The position numbers and the translations under genes are program-made. From Lingula anatina (lineage: Eukaryota; Animalia; Brachiopoda): 64,000 nt of DNA. The stretch is taken from NCBI GenBank assembly GCA_051362555.1, contig CM120642.1, positions 1,426,001 through 1,490,000 on the forward strand, in the 5' to 3' direction. Shown here in pieces: positions 1 to 13,101 of the stretch (position 1 is the first letter of the stretch; every line of letters begins with the position of its first letter). The notes beneath the pieces were generated by a model, which saw only the letters and a program-made list of their open reading frames with translations, was not told the origin of the DNA and did no database searches.

Positions 1-330
1 GGTAAAGACGATGAGTTGGTGGCAGATTATCAGATAGCCAGTTCACATTGTTAGTTCGGCGTGATCCATACTTTATTTTCATGGAGAATATTTTTTAGAA
101 ATTCTGAAAACATTCATCAAGTTAAGACTGCATTGGTTTTACATCTGGAGAGAATGTGTTTGTTTTTACTAATAGTAAAACAGTAACTTTTGCTTAACTG
201 GGCTCTTTGCTACACAAACATCCAGTTCTTTTTAGATTGGCCATTTAAAAAGTATTATTTATACAAACCATGTTGGGCAACTTGACATCAGACACAGTCT
301 GTAAACGTAACCTGTTCTTTCATTTTCCAG

Positions 331-2091
331 GTGGGATGACATTTTTCCATCTTCACACCAAAGGCAAGAGAAATGCCATTTATGAGGTCACGCCTGATGG
401 GCTTGACCCTGGGTTTGGACAAAGCCTTCTACAACGAGGTCAACTCGTCTTTGAAATAGAGAGCAGCAGCCTCCCTTCAACATCTTCTCCTGACAAGCCA
501 CATACTTTTATGTTCACCCGTGGCTACTTCAGTCACGCTAGTCCAACTAGTCCCATGACTACCACCACCATGCTGGAGTCTATAAACACCAAGGAGGGTG
601 ATGTACATTTTGGTGGCAGCGGTGGGACAGGTACTGGCGGGAGGGGGAGGGTCCCCCAAAGTGCCTCGGAAGTCGTCCTCATGAACCATGGGTGTTACGA
701 GGCTGATGGAGAGGACAACTTTGAGAACAAGGAGATTCTTTCATATCTGGGTTCAGGGACAGAAGGAGAGGCTTTGTCTGTCACGCAGTTTGAAGCTACC
801 GGGAAAGGAAAAGACACTGTCTCCACTATATCTCTAGCTGGCTCCCTACAACCTGATGCATTATCACTGAGAGATAGGACTTCTCTGCTTTCTGGGACAA
901 GTATGGTAGACCCCAGATTGACATCCTGGTCAAATCTTAAAGGTGCTGAGGGGAAAGACACACCTTCAGTAGTCTCCCTGGCTGGCTCCATTGATGGTCA
1001 GTCTATTACAGGGACAGGTGACGTCAAAGCCCCAGATACTCTAAGTAACCTTGAGGATATAAAGGAAGTGAAGGATACTGACAGCCTCTCAGATCTAGTA
1101 CCTGAGGATCCTATGCCAGATGCCTATGACACCGACCGCTGGGCCAGCACACAGTCTGACACGGCAAGTCTATCAGAGGCAGCCAAGACTCCACCCACAG
1201 CGAAGAGAGTGGAGCCAGGGATAAGACACTGGAGACAGACCTCTGAGGGAAGTCAGCGTACCCTGTCCAGTGGGAGTCCCATCAGTGATGCATCCTCCCC
1301 CAGCAGACAGAGACAACGGCTGTCTCCCAGGGGCAGTCCTGTCGTACTCCATCCAGGAATCCAACGTCGTAAATCATCAGAGAAACATCCTCATCTCATG
1401 TCGACCGGCTCTGTGAATAGTGAGAGTTATTATTCGGCCGATGAGGAAATGAGTGGCTCTGCTGATGATGACGACGATGAGGATGACAATGCTGCAAAGG
1501 TTGACTCTAAAGAGAAAGGTCAAAGGTCAGAGGTCAAGAGGAAAGAAGATCAACGAATTAACACTCCTGGGTCGACATCTTCTAGTGAAAGAACTATCAT
1601 AGGGACTGTGAAAAATAAGAAGGCAAGCTGGAGGAGAAGGCCCCTGGGCTCATCCAGTTCAAACTCTAGCTCCTCCTCTTCTTTTATTTCCGCGGCCTCA
1701 TCAGCCGAGGAGGGGACAGAGATCCAGGAGGAGGATTTGGACTGGGTGGATCTCCATGGTCAGATGGACCAGGCTATTACCAGCTCCCCCCTCCTCATGT
1801 CCTGCTACTCCAGTCACCTGACCCAGTGGAAGTGTTCTAATTGGTCAGCTCCTCCGCCCTTACCACACCTGCTGCCACGCCCTCTGTTCAACATCCCCAG
1901 GGGTAATCACACCTACCCCCCTGACCCTGGAGATCACCTGGCTGGTTCCCCCTGGATACCCCACTTCTCCCCCTGCCACCAGGGGTTCAGCCCCAGACTG
2001 ATGATTTCTAAGAAAGAACCAGTGATGAATTTGACCACCAACAGTGAAAGTTCAGAAGATGAGGAAGAGGAGGAGACAGCGGATGACAAAG
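331..2091 (+). CDS. BLTP1: BLTP1 large exon (1761 bp, Ser/acidic low-complexity)
   Basis: ttttccag acceptor at 330, g|gtgaga donor at 2092; lies within ORF 270..2204. Confidence 0.85.
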
Positions 2092-2100
2092 GTGAGAAAT

Positions 2101-2158
<58 letters not shown>

Positions 2159-5100
2159 TCTACCAAGGCAGTTATGTTTGTGCATTTGTTGGATTGTTAG
2201 TTAACAGCATAACTCAAAAATTATGGAAGACAAAATTTTAAGGATAGGTCAGAAATGGGTTGATTTAGATTTTGGTGATCCATTTATTAATCGATTGAAA
2301 CTGAGAATTGAGCTTCCTTGGTGTAACTTTTTGCTTTCTGAGTGTTTTTGTAGGTTGAGATAATACCATTGAAGTATGCTAGTTGATAACTTATTGTAAG
2401 ATATTATAAAACTGAACACACAGTAAATTCTCCAGGCGAAGAGACGGCCTTGACCTTGGAAGATCAGACTTCCAAGACAACCGCAGTGATCAAACTCCAG
2501 GGCTCTGTGGATCTTCTGGTGACACCTCTGCTGCTAGAGGCAACACAAAGGTGACATGAACCTCCATCTAGACTAGTGTCTCAAAATGTACAAAATGGAT
2601 TTGGATAATTTTTTTTCAGAACTTAGCATGAATTAGATTTTAGTGATTCATTATAAGATAATAAATAATAATGAGAATTATATGTATGAACATTATATGT
2701 GAATCTGATAATAACACAAATCCACGAGAAGTATTGATAATAAAGATCATATTTAATCTATTTATTTCCTCAGATATGTGGAAGCCATAACACCAACCCT
2801 AGCTCTTCTTCATCCATCAGCCATCTTAGACAGGCTTCATGTAGAGAGTTCTGACGAAGTGAAGGCACAGAATAAGTTAAAGAAGCTGAAGTCTGAGCAC
2901 GAGTCCCCAGTAAAACCCAAGGAGGAGGTGGAAGAGCGCGAAGATGTCACGGAGGAGGTGACGTCATCTAAGGTGCAGGTGCTCATGTCACTGGCCAGGG
3001 TAAGTGCCAGGGAATAGTGTACAGGTTTTCTTGGACTTTTTCATTTTGGAGAACAGTTTGGTTGCATTTTCCCATGCAAAAAGTTGGTGCTGACTAAATA
3101 TTGTAGATAATTGATATAATTTGATGTAACTTGATGACAGGAAAGGGAGGGCGGGAGTAGATGTAAAGGAATATTTTTACCAAAAACGTCTTAGTGCTGA
3201 AGGTTGCAATTCTTTATGATAATCATCATTACATTTACATTTAGCTCAAAGTATTGATCATTATTAAGTATCAGGTACACTAATCTATTTATTTTTTTCC
3301 GTGACATAAATTAGATCATTTATTTTTAACATTATCATTTGTAAGTATAAGTTTGTACCACTACATGTCTGTATAAAATGCTCAGTGAGATATAATTCTT
3401 ACCTTTCAGATCAACATCAGCATATTACAAGTGTCACTGGTGGAGGAGTACATCCATTTCTCAGCCTTGGACAACTTCAGAGAGATCACGTGTGTGTCCC
3501 TGCTGGCCGTGTGTCTGGACAACATATCTGCCACCCTCACAGCCAGCAACCAGTCCAAGAAGATCACCAAGTCTATCCACCTGCCCCCCAGGAGAGAGAT
3601 GAGTGTTCACAGGACTGGGAGTGGAGATATTTTACCCTTCGCTAAACCTGTCCAAGCAGCAGTGAGACGGCTCACACTCTCGTCACGAGCTTCGAAGATA
3701 AAACGCCAGTATTCCAACCTGTCCGCGACGCTTGAAGTGACCAATGAGAGGACGGAGGTCAACCAGGATGAGTTGGCGGGAATTGTGAATTTGGGGAAAA
3801 TTCATTGTCAGTTGAGAAGATTGGTAAGAAATACCAAACCTCCTAAAGATGTTCGTCTCAGTGCGATACCAGAGCACCGCTCCAAAGTTCTGTTCACCTT
3901 CCAGAAGGATCTTTTTGTGCCGGAGGACAGTATAAGTGACACCCACTCTCAGAGCAGCCGCTCCAGGCGGGAGTCTCTCACCTCCAACAAGAGAAGCAGC
4001 ACCATCGACGATAACACCTTTGGTTTTATTATGGTGGAGTTTGGTTTGGATAATATCTGTTTGAAGGCTTTAAAGAGGAAGGGTTTCAAGGAAGATATCC
4101 CAGAGCCCACCTCCAAATGGGATGCCAATAAGCCAGACACCCTGAGGGCACCCCCCTCCTCGCCAGACCCCCTGGGGGAGCAGGCTACCTTTGCCCTTGT
4201 ACAGGAAGACACCCAGAGCGTAAAAAGTGTGGGCTCCAAATCAAAGCTCAGCAGCAAGGCCAGCGAGGGCAGCGATGCAGACTCCTTTCATTCTGTCATA
4301 TACCATGGATCTGATAGTGAGGCCTCAGAGAACGTTTCCCCTCCCCCACCTGGCAGGAACTCCCCTGCAGACTCTGACACAGGCTCGGCAGTGTTGCAGT
4401 TTAACTTGGTGTGGTTCAGTTTTGCTGCTCCGCCACCCATGCCAAACAAAGGAAAGATAGAGTTTACAAGGTGAGCTTAGGTGGTTTAGAAATAGAAAGT
4501 TGGTGGTTTAGAAATAGAAAGTATTACACAGTTGTATTTGTTTTTGTTATTTTTTCTATTTAAATAATTTTTCCTTTATTTATTTTTTCATTTTGTATGT
4601 GTGGAAGAAAATATGGAGATGAAGATGCAGGAGCATGTGAATTGTATCTGTTGGTGTATTCCAACATTTCATGTTCTATAATCTCTCTTTCTATTTGATG
4701 TTAGTGACAAATTTTGCACAGTTGGCTCCAGATGTTTGATATATAATAATAATATCTTATTATGAGCATTTGTTTGTTTTCAGATTGGACTGGAACTTTC
4801 TCAGCACAGCCACTCCTGCCATCAATGCTTGGCTGAGTCCCAGTGACCATCTGATCGTAGCGGTGACAGAGCTTGTCCGCGAGATGAGGAGGAGGACACA
4901 CTCCGTGATGGCGTGTCTCATGACAGAGGCGCTAGAGGTCCAGGGGATACATCTACCTGCTAAGGTGAGATACTGCTGTTGTTTTTTTTTTCTAATTTTT
5001 AAAAGTTGAAATGTTTTAATTAGTGGCAGAGGTTGAAGGGTACAAGTCATACATTTGCCTGCCTCTGTTTTTTTTCTCCAATTTTTGAAACTTCAGAATT

Positions 5101-8100
5101 TGAAATTGGTATACTGTGTAAAGATGATTAATTTGTGACTGATGATTTTCAGAAAGTTTAAGAATTTAGAAACTTGAGTTGTTTTGCAGAGAAAAAATGT
5201 TATGTAAATTTGGTACCTGATGTTAATGATGATGTAATGTAACATTTCAGAGTAAATACAAGAAGATCACCAGCTTCTCCAGAGCTGTCCAGGAGGACCC
5301 TTCCTGCCAGCTGCTCACCGTCCTCAGAAAGTACATCAAGAAGGTCGGAGCCCGGTCCATAGAAGACGCAGTTAACACTGATCTGACCCCTCAACCCGTC
5401 ACCATACAGAAGGGGATCCTTGCTCTGACCAGACAGTGGAAACTTATTCTCTACATGCCTGTGGAGGAACACCTTAAAAACAAGCCGCGCCCCATCCCCT
5501 TCTCTTACCCTGTCCCTAAGGAGGAAAGCATGGATAATTTGAACATGTACGAGAAGGGGCAGGAGGCTTCGCAAGATAACCTGGATTTTGACATTACAGA
5601 TGAGAAGGCATCTCTCCTTCCACAGGGTGGAACATCTCCTAAGGACATGGGTTCCCTGACCAGCTTGATCAAGCCGTGCTCAGGGAAAGCAAGCAAGGGG
5701 AGCTTTGAGAATGTATTTGTGGATGCTCAGAGTGAGTTTTCGGGGAAAGTGAAGTCAAAAGATGGCGCCACTGGCACCAGGTTGGAAATGTCTCCCATTG
5801 GAAAAAAGAACAGTGGACACAAGAGCGGTGGTGTGGATGCAGGGGAGGGTGTGAAGGAGTTCAAACATGAGGATTCCCCCAGCAGACTGCCATACAATAG
5901 TGGAGGTAGTAGTAAGATTCAAGAGAATCTCTCCCAGCAGCCTCAGCAGCATCATTATGTACCATTGCAACACCAGTTTCTGCGCAATGAAAGTGCAATA
6001 AGCATGGCGTCCAGCTTAGGTAGCCTGGACCTTGATAAACAAAGTCGACATCGCTGGTCTCAACCACCACAACCTCCGCAAGAAAAGAGCGGTGAGAACG
6101 AAGATCTGTATCGCTGGATGGCCAGGCACCAGCAGTTTAACAAGAAGTCGCTGGGGTTCAGCCATGAGCCCTTGGAAACCATGGTCAGCCAGATCAGTGT
6201 GGACGCCCAGAGTCAGGACACTAGTATTCAGGGCTACAACCCAGGGGTCCTGCCTGGCACACAGCTGGCCGACGCCCAGGCCCTGTTTAAGCCCCTGCTG
6301 GAGAGCATGTGGCTGCAGTCCGAGGGGGTGAAGTCCTCGGCAGTTATGAAGCAGTTTGGTGGAAATATTAACCTGCAGGTCCATCTCCCGCAGTTCAGGA
6401 TCAATATTGTGGCCTCAGATGATGTACAAGGACAAAGGTCAAAGGGTAAAGGTCATGGGAAGAGTAAGAGACACACCCACCTGCTTGACTCCATACGTGA
6501 CATCCCAGTGTTCCTCTGTGATAATTTCTCTGTTGGACTGAACATCAAAGAAGTGGTTGACTTTGAAAAAGAGGAGGAGGAGGAAGAGAAAAGGCCAAAG
6601 ACGATAAGATTTGCTATTGATGCTCTGGAGGCTAAGCCTACCACCACCCAGTTCACCTTCAGTATTAACACAGACAGTGTAAAGCAGCATGTGGATATGG
6701 CAGTAGTCAGGCTGGTACATCAGGTGGTCACTGTGATGGAAAATTTCAACGTCACACGGACAGAGCTCAAAAAGAACCGCCCCGAGGCGTACAGAACCCA
6801 CAGGAAGCAGGACTCTAAGGGGTCATCCTCAGGAACAGACACTCAGAGTTTAGGGTTTGACCCCCAGGAACCAGGGGCATGGAGTCCCAGTCCAAACGCT
6901 GATGCTGCAAAGCATGCAGAAAGGACCTTTGCCCTTAAAAAGGAAAGAGAAGCACCTGGACCCGACCCTAATAAAGGTTTGGCTCCCAGCCCCATACTGA
7001 AGAGGACGTCCATGCCTGGCAGGATGGGGATAAGAAAAATGAGACTTGAAATACCAAAGAGATTAGAACTGGACTTGTCTCCTATTGGGTCTCCTATAAG
7101 GGAACACAGTGGAGGAATTGCAGAAACAACCTCACCAACTGAGGTGGAAAGAACCATTGTAGATCACATTACGGAAAATACGCCCAAATGTTGGCGAACT
7201 CTGTACCACCTCCTAGATTTATACTCCCGTATGCCAGAGATGAAGACAGTGGGTAAAGCGCCCAGCATCTCCCAGCTGTCCACCATTGCTGAGGAAACTG
7301 AGGCAGATCTTACCACACCCTCCAAACCTGTAGATGGCACCAGTGAAGAGGATGCCAAGACAGGAGCAACTGGTGAGCCTGGTGATGATGTAGGGGGAGA
7401 TGTTGATATTGAGAGTGGATTGGTTGGTGAAGAGAGAGGTCGTGATCATCACATGCCTCACCACGTACCCTTAGCCCCAGCAACTACGCCCAACTTCATG
7501 CGTCCGCCATCAACTGGAACATTTACTACCAGTAAGTTTTTGTTATCAGTTGTCAGATTTACATGAGTATATTTATTGACATAAAGGAAATTACTACCTC
7601 TTAGAAGAAAAATAATGCATTCAGTGTATAGAAATTGATAGAAAAGTTTGTTATCATCTCATTTATGAAATGTTAAGACATGTATTCACCAGTTTTATGT
7701 TTCACGTTGTTGGTATATTGATGGGAGAGTACAACCAGTTCCAGCAAAATTTGATAAAAATGTATTAACTTTATTGCCTTCAACACCTATATTTAATGTT
7801 TGTATTTTTATCTATTTTTATGTTCTTTTATTAACCAGTTATTTTTCACTGTAGGTATATTGATAGGAGAGACAGTTCCCATAGTGTTGTTTGGTACAGC
7901 TAAGATTCATCAGATCCATATCCAGGCTACACTCAGTGGCTTAGAACTGGAGGCCATTGTCAGAGACGCCCACGCCAGTGTGGCCCACAAGGAGAAGGTC
8001 AAAGGTCAGGCTTGATTTTGGGCTAGTCCAGTATTTATATTTAACTGAATTAACTGCTATCTTTGATAGTGGAGTAGTGAAACATTGATGGTTGCAAGTA

Positions 8101-11100
8101 TTGAAAAGTATTTTATTTACCTATTTATTTAGTTAGTCAGTTACAAAGGAAGTATGTGAGTTTATTTTTTGCACCTACCATGTCACTAATGGTAATGTTG
8201 ATATTGAATCCTATACAAATATTAAGATTAGACACCTTTTTTTGTACAGACATAGTGCTTTGTTCTCTAACTGTTGTCTTTTCGTTCTGTAACCTAGGGA
8301 TTTTCAAGAAGAAGACAGTGGAGACGTCCTCCACTCTCCACATGGGGCACGCTCTGGTCACACTGTTTGAGGGCATGCAGGCAGAAAAACAGTAAGAGAT
8401 CCTCCAGATGATTTACAAGTTTTTTTTTTACATTTTATTACTAATTGATATCACACAAGAGCTTTTCCCAAAGAATTGCAGAATTAAAAGTTTTTTAGTT
8501 CAATTTTGATGGTTCTTGAGATTTGTCAAGAACAATGATAGATGTTCAGAGAATTTTAACATAGCCTCATGTATGCAATATTCAACTGTCTTTTACATAT
8601 TTATATATCACATGGACATATTTGATAGTAACTTAGGAATATTCAGTGCAGATTTTCCTCAGTGAATTGTGATAATTTTGAACATCCTCCTTTGCAGGAC
8701 TGTTGTCACTGTGAATATAACCAAGTCAGAAGGCCTGTACAGCACTGTGACCAAAAGAACCAGAACCAGGAACTCTGGTCTCCTGACCATTGGTCAGACC
8801 AAGGTGGACATCCCACAGCACCCAGTGGCCCTGCATGGTGTGGTCACCAGGAGTTCTAAGAGGTTGTCCACTACACTTCAGGAGTTTATACGACCACCCT
8901 CTGCTGTAAGGTAAGATATTAGAATATTTATGTGTCCACTACTCTACAGGAGTTAATACAACCACCTGACTTCATGTTGTGACCAGTTTTAGCATGTCTG
9001 TAACTTGATTCATTTAGCTAACTATATAAAGTAGACCAAACCGGTTCAGGAATTGCCATCATTGTTTATTTAACTCATTGAGTCTCATATTGAAAAATTT
9101 CAGGTCCTCAGAGAACATAGGTAACACCACTCCCCAGCAACCCCACCAGGCCCCTGAAGTATCTGAGCCACCCCCTAGCAGAGCCCCAACAGAGCAGAAA
9201 CCCAAACTGTTAGTGATGCACTTCACGGCCACACTGGAGGGGTTCGCAGTGGAGGCCTCACTGCTGCCCTCTCTCAGGGCACAGTACAAGGTGAGGGATT
9301 TTGTTTCAAGTTTCACGATATCTGTCCAAATTTGCCAGAAGTTAATTTTAAATGTATTATAAGAATAACCCTTGCAATTTGTAAAGCTTTTTTGTTTTCA
9401 TGTTCAAAGTTGAGAGATTCAGAGTTATGAGTTCCCCCACATATTTTTGGTCTTTAAAAAAATTGTTTTATTTTTTCAAAAATCATCATATTGGTCATGT
9501 AATTTTAAAGAAATATTACACTTTTCTATTCTATTCATTTCAGATTGGTAAAGTAACGAGTGCTGGAGTGACGGGAAGGAAGGCCAAGTTCTACATTGAC
9601 TGGCCTCAGCATACACTCAGCTTTGACTCCAAGGTGAAGGTCATTAGAGTAACATGAAGATAAAGATACAGAAGTCTTCAAAGTCTGAGGCATCTGCTAA
9701 TTTTTTTCCAACTTTATTTCTTACCTGAATTTGAAAATAGTAATAATATTTGGTTACTTGCACTCAGTTCAGGCCAGGCTCCCCTAGTAATGCCCCCTAG
9801 CAAGTGGAAACATACCGGGGCTGCCTGTTATCAATACGTAAAGGATTTCTTCTTCTTCTTCTTCTTCTTCTTCTTGGTTGTGTGCCACAAGGCAGGTTTA
9901 GCATCTCTCACACCATCCATCAGGATCTTTTAATTTAATTTCTTCTTACAGGTGAAGGAAATCCCAGTGAATACATGCATCCCAACCTCCGCCACCATTG
10001 ACCTTCCCCCTATCTACCTCTTAGTGGACTACAGGCCTAGTAAGGGGGGTCTGCAGACATCAGGGCTCACAGAGGGGCTGATAGTGAGAGAGGGCGACTA
10101 TTTCCATGCCGTGGCTGAGATGGGACGGTTTGAGCACAGTCTGACCACTGACTTGTTGAACCACTTGGTGTTTGCTCAGAAGGTTTTTATGAAGGTAGGA
10201 CACTGATTTTTTTTTTTTCTAATTCTGTTTAGCTAGTCTTATGATTTGTGAATAGTGAAGTAAGATGTTACAGAAAATTTACAGAAAGTGTGATGTGAAA
10301 ATTTAGTGAAAAATTTTGAAAAATAAAGCTTTTTCAATTTCTTAAATTTTTTCTTGAAGGCAGACGTCATTGTGTTGTTGTATTTTCAGGAGATCAATGA
10401 AGTCCTGCAGAAGGTGTCTGGAGGAGACGAGATCGTTCCTATTCAGATATGGGATGAGCAGGGCCAGAGAGTGGATAGTGGGATATCCAAACCTGTCCTC
10501 TACTCTGTCATCTTCAAACTACAGGTGAGAAACAGGGCCATGTGTTACCGTTTCCTTCATTTAGAAACTGTCTCTTTTATGTGTGAAAAAATTTCAAAGC
10601 TGCAGGAATTTGTATAATATATTCAAGATCAATGAAATATATGAAAGTGGAGTTTATAAACAATGTTGATAATTATTTTTTGTTGTTAAGTAATCTGTTT
10701 TTAGGATGTATTTTTACTAATTTTACTGTCATTGATCTTGAATGCACATTTTTAACCAATATGTTGTCAGGGTATTGAGATAGTTGCCACCACCCCCACT
10801 GCCAGTGCCGTCCGTCTGGTCACTGAGGAGATTGAGCTGGAATTGTCCAACAGGATTCAAAACCAAGCCTCTCACGAAGGTAAAGTTATTATAAAAAGAA
10901 GAAAAAAGGAAGAAAATTGTTCAAACTAATGTGTTTATTGTTGGCATTTATGCTTGCTTTGAGTTTGTAAAGAGAATCTGGTGTGAAATAGAGATACATT
11001 ATTGATGAAATTGAGGTGATGTTTTCTAATTATGATGGCTGCAACATCACACATTTTGAGTAATGTGATAATGTATGCAATTTTTTGTGCATAAGAATGA

Positions 11101-13046
11101 AGTACATTTCAAAGTACATATTGATGTAAAAAAGGACAATCACTCTGTCATATTCCATAATTATTTGGTTGTACAATGGTTGCCTCTGAAAACAAGAGTC
11201 CGGACTTGCTGTAACTAGCTAATACAAATATGTAATATATGAGTTGCTTACCATAATTTTTGATACATCACTGCTGTCACCTTAAGTAAATATAAAATCC
11301 TGTGGTACATGACACCTGTGCAATCTACGTAACACCTGTGCACTCTACGTAACACTTGTTGCCTCCTGTATAAGCTGTTGTTCGTTGTCTATTTCAGTGA
11401 GCCAGAGTTTGAAATTATTTGTCAGAGCTCAACTTGATGTCAACCTGGAACTGGGACAGCTGTTAAAGGTAAGGGTCATGGAGTGGCCCCAAATCCTGTT
11501 CCATTTGACAGAAAAATGAAATCGTACACAAAAAAAAAATGAAGTAAAACACTTTAAGATTCTTTTTGAAACTTTTGCCAATTGAATCTTGGTATGGTAA
11601 CATTTTAATTGAAAAACTGACGGTAGACTTTTCATGAAATGGGGGTCTGCCAAACTGTTGGTTTTCTCTTTTCTATTCACAATTTTCTGTTCATTTTTGA
11701 TCTTTCTTTATTGACCCTGTTTGAACCAGGTTTTCACTTGCTAATGTTTCCATTTTATTTAAAAATTACAGAAGTAGATGTTAAAAAGAGTAAAGCATGT
11801 AGATTGATTGTTGCTATTTGTGAATGATTTTCTTTTTTGTCAGCAATGTGAAATTGTGTCACAACATCAGATCTATGCCCAATCTACATTATAATGTATA
11901 ATGATGTATAATGGATGTTTTTTATTTCACAGAATCATGTGTATGTAGAAGTGCACCCAGAGTTTCAAGCCATGTCATTCTTTAGAACCAGGATTGGGCT
12001 CAGAAATGCCTTGCAGGTAAAATAGAGATTGTGAAACCAATAAAACCAGGATTGGGCTCAGAAATGTTTTTCAGATAATTAAAAGTAGAGATTTTTTTTT
12101 TTTTTGGTTAGACGTTTTTCATTCATCAAAAGATTTGATTTTCTATATAACTGAGCTCAAATAAAGTAGGTACCATCATAGGGCATTGATGATCATAAGT
12201 TCCATTTCCTTTAGGATGAAATTCTCCCTGACGGCTCAAAAGACCAGGAGGCTCTCCTCATCTCCCTGACACGACCGGTGATTTATGTTCAACCCAGTGC
12301 TTTTGACAAGGCCGTCCTCGTGTGGCTGAACTATAAGAATGCCTATGAGTATTGGCATGAACAGAGAATGGCTCTTAATAAAGAGGTAATGTTATAGACC
12401 TAGTCTGTCTGAGCTATAAGAATGCCTATGAGTATTGGCATAAACAGAGAATGGCTCTTAATAAAGAGGTAATGTTATAGACCTAGTCTGGCTGAACTAT
12501 AAGAATGCCTATGAGTATTGGCATAAACAGAGAATGGCTCTCAATAAAGAGGTAATATTGTAGAACTAGTCTGTCTGAGCTATGAGAATGCCTGTGAGTA
12601 CTGGCATGAACAGAGAATGGCTCTCAATAAAGAGGTAATGTTATAGACCTAGTCTGTCTGAACTATAAGAATGCCTATGAGTATTGGCATAAACAGAGAA
12701 TGGCTCTCAATAAAGAGGTAATATTGTAGAACTAGTTTGGCTGAACTATATTAATGCATTGCAGGAAAACTGTAGATGTTGCAGCTTTGTAAAATACTTA
12801 TTATAATAATAATTATTATTATTATTCCAGGTCCTGACAGCCACCCAGCAGGTATTTGACCGTCTTCACATGCCCAGTATTAGCAGTACCAGCAGCCCTG
12901 CCCTGGGGACACTGTTCTTACAACTGACAGTGGACTCCCTGGGGATATGTCTACCTATAGAGTCTCAGCTACCTGTAAGTTAGAGATGAGAAATTGTTGA
13001 TGGTCATTTCAGAAATTCTTTTAGTTTTTATTTATTCATATAATAT

Positions 13047-13101
<55 letters not shown>

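Noticed and set aside
1934-2241. Poly-Phe / poly-Lys ORF ends
   Set aside because: Read-through into an intronic poly-T tract after the donor at 2092.
4481-4522. 22-bp tandem duplication near a donor (also 20-bp repeat at 11311-11360)
   Set aside because: Entirely intronic, does not include exon sequence; treated as background tandem duplication.
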